NCBI GenBank assembly: GCA_017499595.2
Contig: CM039008.1
Location: 1,488,001 to 1,552,000 of the forward strand
DNA length: 64,000 nucleotides
Direction of reading: 5' to 3'
Source: Psilocybe cubensis
Taxonomy: Eukaryota
In this document: in pieces, positions 53,701-64,000 of the stretch
How the letters are laid out: the number at the start of each line of letters is the position of its first letter
How positions within the stretch are numbered: the stretch's first letter is position 1
Translations under genes and position numbers: made by a program
The notes under the pieces: generated by a model
Told to the model about the DNA's origin: nothing
Databases searched by the model: none
What the model saw: only the letters and a program-made list of their open reading frames with translations

Positions 53701-56700
53701 CCAAGTTGCCAGATATCAAGATTAGCATCGTTTCCCACCATTGTCCGCAAGATTCCAAAGAGTTCCTCGAGACGATCTGTACCCTGAAGAACAATAAAAA
53801 ACGGACACTCTGGTCGATCCACCTTTGCTTTGGCAACACAGAAAAATATGTTCTTGATCATGATCTGCAGATCAGTGTAGAGCAAGGTTGGTATGAATTG
53901 AGAGCCGGATTCATGGAACAAAGCTAGAGCGAGATGTGCAGCAGCACTGAGATGCTCTAGCTGCTCGGAAAGAGTCAAGTCGGTACACAGGTAGGGGAAG
54001 ACAGTATGATAAAACAGTCGTCCAAGGATTACCAATGATGACCGTGCTTCAACAACCGCAGGATTTTTGTGATTAGACAGAGGTGAAAGGTTCCATATGG
54101 CCCTGAGAAGATCAAAGGCAAGTTTAACATCCTGTTCATCATCAGGATTGCATATTGAATTGACATGAATGGCAGGAAGATCCGCCATCTTGAGATGAAC
54201 ACCAATGATTGCAGGTGTTATTCGGAATCCATGTACCAAAACACCACGCGGACGAAGCAAAAGGTTTCGAAACCGCTTGATTACATGCTTCCAGTCCTTG
54301 TCAGCGGTTATATCGTCGGAGCCCACATACAGATCCAGAAATGTCAAGTTAAAGAGTTGTGAATAGATTGGTGATGATGTTGACAGTGGTTTTTGATATG
54401 TCAATAACGACAGCGCTGAGCCACGACGTGTCTCTCCATCTGAGGCAATTGACACCACACGTACTTTTGTTGACAGTTTGTTGCTGCTCACGGAGTTTAT
54501 TAATGTGCGAATTAAATCTGCATGGTCTTCTCCAGTTTCCTGTTTGCAGTCTCCAGAGATAACAATTGGACGTGCAGCATAGACCCGAGTATCCTGGTCC
54601 ATAATTCCAATTGCGCCAACGGTAGCCTATTTATAAACGTGTGTTTTTAAATAGATTTAGAAGAGTCTGTGCGTGGTAAAAACAGTTTTTCTCACCTCAC
54701 GAGCAAAGTGAACCTCTTCGTTATCCAACGACTGAAAAAGCTCCACCATGTCGCTCTCGCTGTTAAATTCAAGTGCTGTTTGTTTTCCATGCTCTCGACA
54801 TACTCCAAGAAACACATTAGTATGGTCATCCCATCGTATCCGACGTTCAACAGCGATCTCATCAAGCTGCAGGTTGGCATGAAGAACATCAACACCAGCA
54901 AGTACGTCTTTAAGGCTTTCGAAACACGCCAAAAGATTTTTTGAGACCTCGGATTCAGTTGGATGAGATGGGGATGGGATTAATGGAGGCATGATTGCAC
55001 GGTTTCGAAGGGTTGTAATTCCAGGAAGTCCCAGTGCACGGTGAGCAATTCCTGCGATACGGCTTCCTCCCAGCTTCATAAGAAGCAGTCCTAACATGTC
55101 ATCGTGCTCCGAAAAACTTTTAGGGCGGTACAAATTCGAGGCGGCAGCTTCGTACATTGATATAATGTAGGGGACACCACGCTTTTGACGAAGAGCAATC
55201 TGAAACAAACGCTCGACATTTCCATACCGCCGACTTGCCACTGCTACCATCAACCGTTTGTGATAGCCCAGGGATGTAGTTTTCCGTAATATTGTGCGTG
55301 CTTGACTGATCCCGCGAAGTTTTAGAAAGCTGATCTTTGTATCCTTCTGCCGCAGCTTAGCCTTCAGACCATTGATGGAGTAGTACGCGTAAGGTGTGTT
55401 GTCGTTAATTCCATGCTCCATACGGTCAATAATCCCCTTTAAGGTTGCGTCTGTCGATAGTTCATGGCATGCTGAGCAGATCCCAAAATGCACAAGACTG
55501 CCAGACTTTTTACAGTGGAAACTGCGCAGCACCATTTGGTTATGTTTGACCTCATAGTTCCACGGTAACGACAGTGTATCGTGAAGGGAAAACGGATATG
55601 TGGAATGCGGAGAATTTCCAGGTGGGATAGGTAATGGGTATCCTTTGCATGCTGCCAATGTGTTGCTAATTGAGTTGGCGGCAGGGGTACGAGGTACAAA
55701 ATTGACAGGCTGGGGCCTAGGACTTGTATTCAAGCTAATAGCAGATTCAAGTGGCATGTCAATATCAATGACTGAGCGGGTGCTACTTTGGAATCAAGGT
55801 AAGTATTGTGCTTTTACAGTTATATTAGAAAATGAATGCGCACGTTAATTGTCTGTCTCGCAAAGCTGACATTAAATGTCCTAGTTTTCCTTCAAACAAG
55901 GCTTCGTCTACCCGGCGACAAACCACAAAAAATTCCACGAAGGGTGCGAGACCATTTAATCCATCCCTATTCCCTCTCACTATCGCTTCAACATCAAGCT
56001 CGGTTCCCCACCCCAAAATGTCCTTCAAGAGCGGGTTCAAGACTTCTTCCCACAGGTCCTCATCGCTAACCAATGGATTATTGTAGTTTGATGGGTCTGT
56101 ATGGAATGCGGAAAGGATATTATCCGCTAATGCTATATCCGTGCTTGGGGGTGGTAAGCCATCTACTAGTGTTTGGAGCGCATTGGCTAGATTTGACTTA
56201 AACCATTTGACAGTTGGCGCACACGATGGTTCTGGGGTTACAGAGGGAGGCGGCTGGCTCAGAACATTGTCGGTTGTTGTAGTCTCGCAAAGTGGAGTGT
56301 CTTTGGGTAGGATTACTGGAAGAGTTGTTGTAGTAGGTACACGAGCTAATGCTGGTCCTCGTTTCATAAAAAAACCTTTGAGTGACGAGTCCTTCAACTT
56401 CGCCTTCGTGGATAGCTTTGCTGCTGCGGCTTTACATTTGGCTGTTCCTCGATGGCGTAGATTTAGGTTCTTTGATCCTCCGGGACCACACTTAATAGCC
56501 TTTTGGCAGTCAGGGCAGATTGCGTACCCATCCGCATCAACTGGAATATCTTCTTGTGGGTCTTCACCCGCATTCTTTGCTTTATATTAGTATGCATGGG
56601 TGATAAAAATAGGTATATGCCACATACCACGTTAATTGAGCTCATTAATGACAGCTAGTGATTGTAGGGTTGCCGATGAAACAGATTGAGCAATCGTCCA

Positions 56701-57004
56701 GATGGTAAATCAATGATCTCAGTCAAAATCAGGTCAAATATCTGTGTTTCTTGAAGCCCGGCCACCTATCATGAAGATTTCAACCTAAATTTCAACGAGA
56801 TTGGTATTGTGTTTGTTTAAAAAACATAATTTGTCTATAAAATACAGTCCAAAATGCTCCAAACTTGATCACAGACAACTTTGGACCGTGAAATTCCTCA
56901 GAAATTAGACAAAAAAAATATGGTACATTTTTTTTTTTTCGGGGCTGATCGGCCAACCTACCTACCTAGGTGGTGTCCGAATTTTGAACACCGGCACCCC
57001 CTTG
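50797..57004 (-). mobile_element. Autonomous cut-and-paste DNA transposon, P-element-like, 6,208 bp
   Basis: Perfect 23-bp TIRs CAAGGGGGTGCCGGTGTTCAAAA (50797-50819 and 56982-57004), flanked by an identical 8-bp TSD CAACTAAG (50789-50796 and 57005-57012). Contains one long spliced transposase gene. Confidence 0.93.
51006..56645 (-). CDS. DDE transposase with P-element-type motifs, zinc fingers and C-terminal PHD finger (~1,700 aa, about 9 exons)
   Basis: Exons join in frame through GT-AG introns. Motifs: CPDC..H..C, LQLDEIAV, VVSIASDG, DKDWKHVIKRFRN, DEQDVKLAFDLL, GTDRLEELFGILRTMVGND, C2H2-like fingers, and CDC...CKSRNCQTIW|FHLSC...WVCHTC. Confidence 0.8.
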
Positions 57005-58512
57005 CAACTAAGTAAAAATAGGGCATGTAAAGCCATCAACAAAATTGACTTCAGCATATGTGGGGCTCCTGAGGTTGTTTGGTAATTGGCTGCATAAAAT
57101 CTTTATGACATAGAGCTTTCAATAGAAAAATTGAAGGATGGATCATGTGGTTGCGTTTGATAAATGGAATCTACACTCCATGGGAAACTGCAAACACACA
57201 CTTTGGCAGAGCTAATGTAAGTGCTGATTTTACTAGTCATTATTAAAGGAGTATTGCGCATTTTTGATTGTTGATCAACAAGAAGTTTCTTGTGCACATT
57301 TAACAAAGGGCGTGTAGGGTGAGTTACACACCTTCTTCACGCAGATATTAGCCCCTAGGATTTTCCCCAATGGTGCTCTGACATTGATCAACCCTTGCTA
57401 TTGGTCCTAGGCACATTGAAATATCCAGAAAATGGGTTTAAAAACAAAAACCCCAAATATATATGCACTAAGGGGCGCGGTGGCTCAGGAGGCACCATTG
57501 CGTACTTAACCCTAGGCTGATGGTTAGGACGCAAGTTCAAACCTCGCCGGTTGCATGGATAAAACAATTTAGACACCATGTGACTTTTCAACGCCACTCA
57601 GGTGATACCGGGCACTGATTTGGGGATCCGCTAGGAAGGCTTTAAGAATGCTTTTGCAGCAAAGCGGCCAAACAGGACGTATCTATGCCCCCCAGTGCGA
57701 TGACAACATGGTAGCTCTATTTACCTTTGTTTCTAAAAAGGGAGCAATGCCGAAGAGGGAGGACTGGGAGGTTTGGAACAAGCACAAAAGTAATGGCCTG
57801 ATGGCCAAGACGGCTAAAGCCGGCCCCCGACTGCAAGACCATTCAGTACCAAAGGGTAGGACAGAACCCACGGGCGGAGATGGCTAAAGCCAACCCAAAG
57901 AAGACTTTGGACAAGTCAGTCAGGTTGCTATGGGCTCTCTTCAGTCAACTGCCGAATAAAGGGGATGCACACTGATCACTACTGCCGGCAACAGCTCCAC
58001 AAGGGTGTGCCAGACTGACTGCACATATGGAAAAGGACTGGGAGTAGAGGGAGTACAGGGATCATTGGAACTCCGCCTGTCACAAGGCTGCACTATGTCT
58101 AGTAAAAAGATGCACGGGATGTAACATTAAAAGAGGATGGAGTCTGGGACACTTAATATAGTACTTAGGTCACGCCCACTCGTACCGATAGGAGGTAATA
58201 CTACCATCATGTAAGAGCCACTATTGATCAATACCAACTCATTCAACAAAAAAAAACAATATATGCACTGCGGGAGAAAAGGCAAGCCCTGGCGCAGATT
58301 AGATTAGATTGATTGAACATAATTATCCAAGTCACATGCGTCATACTTCCAAGATCGTCAAGAGGGTGCAATTGGCCAGACGGACTTGTGTCTTCCACGT
58401 TCCTTTCACCTTGTGTTAACAGTCTGTTTATTATCCACTTCTTGTTTGTGTACTAATATCTCCTTTCATTTTCTTTCTCCTTTCATTTATTTCCTTTATA
58501 CTCCCGGAAAGA

Positions 58513-61500
58513 ATGAGCGAAACGACCGAATCTTCACCGTCTGTACATTTTCATCCAATGTCCCCATCGTCTTCCTTTTCTTCGACGGATTCAGCACCGC
58601 GATCAGAGCCCACATCGGACGAGCAACCAGATTTGGGTGCATTTACCACTGTTCTGAGGGAATGGACTCACTTGCAGCCTATACAAAGGATTCCAGTTCA
58701 AATTCATTCAGCGACGAGTTCGACAACACCGACTTATCAGCCAGAGCAGAGCATTGCAGGCAGCGACTATAGACCTCGAAATTCCAGTAGCAGGCGCAGC
58801 AGGCTTAGCTCCAGAGGAGGATTCAGCGATATCTCCTCGTTTACTCGACCTCCAAGCAGCAGTGTACAGCCCGAAGGATCGACTGTCTGGAATCAGGAAC
58901 TGATTGCGTCGTATCTACACAGTACCACTCCGAGCAACGAAATTCTAAGCGAGGCAGATGACGAAGAGGATGGAGGAGAAGGAGAAACCTACGGAGAGCA
59001 AGAATATACCCCGTCCCCGCCGAACTCTTTGGCATCCACAGCTCTGACTGTTGAAATCGCTTCAGAAATCGATTTTCCGTCTTTTGATGGATCGCATGAT
59101 TCTCGTGCAGACCACCTTGATCCTACTCCTTCTCCCTATGTTTTAGACCCAGGGATTGTAAGGGCGATTGCTGTTGAAAGTGATGGGCAGCGGCTAGATT
59201 CCAGGGAAACTGCTCACCCTGAAGACGAGACAGAGGATGGAGAAGCACCATCAAATCATGGCGACAGTTCTTCACAGACATCCAGGGATTATGTACGATC
59301 AACGTTTCGTGATATGACTTACCCATCTTCTGCCTCGCAAAGCCATACTGGATCGCAACAAACTAGTGTTCAGTTGCTATCACAAGCTCGGGCACACTCT
59401 ACCACCGGAGCATCGTCATCGGACTCACTTGCACTCTTCCACGCAACATCTGGCTCTCCAAATGCTGCACCGTCAGTTTCATTGAGCTCAGTTTCACATC
59501 CTTATTCGTCGCATAGTAACAACAACACCACTTCTAATTCTTCTACATCAACATCAACTTTAATTAGTGCTTTGCTAAACCGAAGTCGGAACCCCTTGCC
59601 TCCCCGCACAACGTCCGATTCCTCAATTACCACAAGCAATTCTGCCTCTTCTTCCAATTTTTCTCTATTATCTTACCAGATCCCTGAAACCCCTCCCATT
59701 GAAGAGGAGTCGGATTCCGAGCCAAGGCTCAACGAGGAGCACTCATCGAACTCTCATCATAATATATCCAGCGACCCATTTTCGTCGAACCAGAGTATAC
59801 CTTCGACATCTAGCTCAGTCTCATTGAAGAGCCAGAGATCGATGCATTCTTCTGAGCATTCCAACACTCTCAGTTCGTCTACATCGACCCAGACTCAGGT
59901 TCATCAGAGACTTTCAGTACCATCCTCTATGTCACACATATCGCCTGCCACCCGATCTGACTTATCTCTTCCAAATCCCCACTCTCCCTCTCCGGCTCAC
60001 CAGCGAGACTTGCCGTCTGGATTGAATCATTCAGTGCAGCCACCAACCAACAAATGGGGCACCATTCCTGTTAGGGAGTTTGGTGTGGTAGATGACTTAG
60101 GTACCCCAGATCAACCCCCTTCGGAAACCTTTTTGTTTGATCCAAGTCAGCAAAGACGAAAAGAGTTTCTCCCTGTGGACGACATCGACGACGAAGAAGA
60201 CGACATCGACAAACCTCTATTATCTGTTCGTACCCCAAAATTTTCTTACTCCCAGGATTCTCCAAAAGCACCCACTGCGCAAGCTTCAAGTCACGCCCAA
60301 GTATATGGTATTTTCGTTTCCCCCCCTTTCTCAAGTTATCTAGCATTAATCTTTATCTTTCTGTCGTAGATCGGCCGGGTCCATCTTCAATTCGCGTACA
60401 ACCGTCTGCTTTTTCTGACAGACCTCACCTTGAGCCACAAGATGAAGACGACGACGAAGCCGAGGACGATTATCCGTATCGTTATCCCTATGCTCATACC
60501 CCGAAATCTAATGCGCAGGCCTTGACACCAAAGGGAATTTTGCATGTTGACTCGCAAGCACCTTTGCGAAGAATTGTACAACCAGAAACCATTGCTTCTC
60601 AAGCTCAGATCCGGCAATATCCTAGACAATTCGACCTTCCCTCTTCCAGTCATTCACAACGCTCTGTTCAAAAATCGGCCCAAATCTTACAACATTCTCA
60701 GACCACACATGAAGAGCCTGTCTTTACGCATGTCCAACCAGTTGTTGCATCCCAGTCACATCCTCAACCACGAAAACAAAACGAATTAAAACCTTGGTCT
60801 GGCCTGACACAACCGATTCCATCATCCTCACAATATCCTCCGCTACGTACAGACCATTCAAGTAGTCATCGGCATCTAGCAGCGCCCGCTCCCGTCATGG
60901 AATCATCGTCGAAGGATGAATTTTCGTCATCAACGCAACGCCACAGATATCCCCACTCACTGTTAGGATTGCATGAACTCCCGTCATCACTCGGTCCGGC
61001 CGAGACACAGGAGCTGTCTCGCTATCCGTACAAATCTAGCGTAATCTCGCCATCGTCTCAAGAAATTGAAAACGAACATAGACCTTTGGTTGAGATGGAC
61101 TCGACTGAAGCTCTACACCACGGTCCGGATGACGACACTGAGTCAGAACAGCCACTACCTTCGCTTGGCTACCTTGATGAAGCGCTCAGTTTTATTGCTG
61201 CTGAAAGGGCGAGATGGAATGCTGCGAGAGAGGGCCCTGGATCGACAAGCGCTAGCGTTGCTTTGGATACGGATGCCACTGACTCGCGAGAAGTTGGTGG
61301 CGGAGACGGTGCTGCAATTGGATCTGGAGAAGAGGAAGCAGGCAAACAAGTAATAGGTAAGTCTGTCATTCATTTTGAATTTTTTTTCACCTCCGCTCTT
61401 TCGATTTTCTTCACTTCTTCTTTCATTTCTTCATCAAATGACACCGTCTGTCAAATTGATCGACCAACAGTTGAATACTATCTCTATAGATAACGGGCAA

Positions 61501-64000
61501 GATATACCTAAGCGCAAAAGACGTCGAAAGAGGCCACCCAGAGCACATGCCACACCCTTGGCACAAACATCTTTGCCTCTATCTTCTATTGTCAAAGGCG
61601 ACGGCGTTTTCGAAGAGAGCTCGGGCACACCTCTTACCCCCGTTTCTTCCCCAAAGAAGAAGCGCTCAAAGTCAGCTTCTACATCTATGTCGGCGCCCGG
61701 TTCTACCGCTGTGCTTGACAGCCCGAGTAAAGTCAAGGGTAAAGGCAAGGTTGTTGAAAAAGAGTTCCTCGTCCCTCCTTCACCGAAGAAACCTCGCCCA
61801 GATAATAAGAGAGACAACCAGCCTGTTATCACAATCCTGCGGCGGCCACCAGCCATCGATCCCGGTGCTAGCCATGTGCAGGTGGGAACTGACGAAGACG
61901 ACGACGCGGAATCCGATGGAGATGGAGGCCGGACGCCGACAAATGGTGTTCAACGAGGGTCAGAAAAGTTTGAATCCATCAACCTTGTTGGAAAGAAGGG
62001 CAGACGCATAGGGCGGAAGGAGAGACAGAGAGAAAAGGCAAAGAGGGATCTGGAGCTGAAACAAGAGGAAGGCTTGGTTGCTGAGAACATATCCGAAAAT
62101 ATCAGACCAGGAATTGATTCTGACGGCGATGATGATGATGATAACGACGACGACGAAGGCGATGGTGCCGATCCTCTAGATGACGAAGACGAACAAACGA
62201 ACGACAGTCTGTCGCAAATTTCTCTTCTTAAGCCTCCCCGTCGCAACCGTTCTCGGAGTCGGCGAAGGAAGAGCAGAGACACGGCTTATATACATAGCTT
62301 AGTGGCGACTGGAGGAACAGGAGAGTATAAGAGTACTCCAGCTACCCCGAAGAGATTACATCCTGAAGGATTTGACGCCGCTGAAGAAGAAGAAGCTAGT
62401 CTGGACGTTGTTTCTGTCCATGCTAGCCAAACAGAAGACCTTGTCTCCAAGCCTAGTACCGGGCAGGCTGGAGAGAAGAAGAAGCGTACACGCACAAAGC
62501 GTGTCAAGACCCTCACTCATGCTAAATCGGACCCTTCTTTGAGGTTGGATGCCAAAGCAGGAGGTACCTCTGCTCAATTAGAAGATTCAGGCGACGCTGG
62601 GTCCAAGAAGCTTAGAAAGGGCAAAGGCAAGGCTCATGTGGAAGAAATTGACATCCTTGACATGGATCGTAACCAATTACAACGATTAATTTTTGCATCC
62701 TCCGGAGCTGGATCTCGCCTACTACTAGCAAACCAGCATCGAACAGACCACAGCCAATTCCAGGTGCCTCCTGACAGCAAACGCGGTCGTCTACTTTCTC
62801 TTGCTGCAAAACTCGGTCAGTTATTTCCGGAGCAACGTGAGGACCTGGGGAAGGTCATTGCGCGGATTGAAAGGCAGGGTGCTGAGGCGGCCGCAAAAGC
62901 AAAGAGAGCAGCCATGAGCTTAGATATTGATCCATATGGATATACATACAACCACCCCGCTAAGAAATCTAGGAAAGGCAGAAATCCAAAAACAGGCACT
63001 GGGGGCGCTGGAAATGATGCCTTCGATTTCAACGACATTGACAGTGCAGATCCGGATGACCAAGAGGATCAAGAAGAAGAGATAGACCCTCGAGGACGGC
63101 CGCCTAGGAAAGGAGACGTTTTAATTCATGTTTTTATTGATCAGTACGTGACGTTTTGGTTTCCTGTTTGAAAATATTGAAAACGCTCTAGTTCTAATAT
63201 TTTAATCGGACTTTTGTCGCACCTCAAACGACACCCTCTACAGCGCAAGATTTCAAGCTCTACACCCAGAGGTCGACCTGCGTCTACTGTACTTACGAAG
63301 GCTACAACAATCACATCTAATAGTAACGATAAGTCGGATCCAGCGTCTGCATTTGCTGCCGTAAAGTCTACCAGCACTCGGCCACTTCCCATACCCACCG
63401 GTTTAGAAACCAGCAGCGCTTCTACAAAACGTCCGCTCCCTATTCCCGTGTCCCAGGCTGGAAACCATCCCATCCCACTCCCTTCTTTTGCAACCATATC
63501 GCGCTCTCTTCCTGTGGGTTCGGTTATAAATGCCAGTGGCAAAGATACAGGGGTAGACGATTTCATGCCTCCGGGAAATGAGCAAAACTCGGATGGGGAG
63601 GAAAATACTGTTATGGATCTAGGTGCAGCTGATGCAGTCGGCACAGATGCACTGTTTGTTGGTGCATTGAAAAAAGAAAAGAAAGCCCCGAAGCACATGT
63701 GGCATGCTGCTCTAACCTTGATCTTGGAGCGCGGTCGACCGATTACTCGTAAGATACAATTTGGGTTATTTTATTCAAACATTGAGACAAAAATGATATA
63801 GGAAGAGTTGTAGTTACGTCGAGTCCCTTATATCAGCCGATGGAAAGTATAGAAAGGCTTGGATACGAGTTACGGGTTTTCATTAGGGTTCCAGACTTCG
63901 GTGAATACCTTTGTTTTATACACACTCTCTGCAGATGTTCTTAACCTCCTCGACAGGCGATGGTATGGACCGCGAACGATATCGAGAAAAAGAACGCAGT
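58513..64000 (+). CDS. Large low-complexity protein with C-terminal PIN/NYN-like domain (runs off window)
   Basis: Long Ser/acidic/basic exons, then IHVFIDH|SNILIG...HAALTLILERGRPITR|RVVVTSSPLYQPM...GYELRVFIRVPD, resembling fungal LabA/NYN-type PIN domains. Confidence 0.65.

Noticed and set aside
50797-57004. hAT classification from the 8-bp TSD and CAAGG terminus
   Set aside because: No hAT CxxH, TRWNS or C-terminal dimerisation (ERxFS) motifs were seen. DxxHxxKxxRN and DxLExxFG fit P-type transposases better.
57300-58200. Possible retroelement or tyrosine-recombinase remnant
   Set aside because: No RT, RNase H, integrase or recombinase motif and no LTR pair were found.

Overview
Intron-rich fungal genomic DNA, most likely from an Agaricomycete/Agaricales mushroom (inferred from dense ~50-60 nt GT-AG introns and the gene families present). 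It holds about 20 mostly multi-exon genes: ATG12 (missed by the ORF track), a CE16/SGNH esterase, three paralogous 7TM-like membrane proteins, an intronless MDR/enoyl-reductase gene with its pseudogenised twin, an Alba-like protein, a GT1 UDP-glycosyltransferase, an AIF/AMID-like oxidoreductase, Mo25/Hym1, three tandem divergent RasGEFs, a Ubc4-like E2 with a SIM-rich tail, a Clr4/DIM-5-type SET methyltransferase, a CorA-like protein and a truncated PIN/NYN-domain gene. Two DNA transposons stand out. The first is an apparently intact 6,208-bp element (50797-57004) with perfect 23-bp TIRs and an 8-bp TSD. It encodes a spliced transposase of roughly 1,700 aa with P-element-type catalytic motifs, several zinc fingers and a C-terminal PHD finger. 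The second is a 1,367-bp non-autonomous foldback element with ~400-bp TIRs and an unusual 6-bp TSD that interrupts an exon of the glycosyltransferase. All calls come from manual reading and motif recall, with no database searches, and exon boundaries are approximate.
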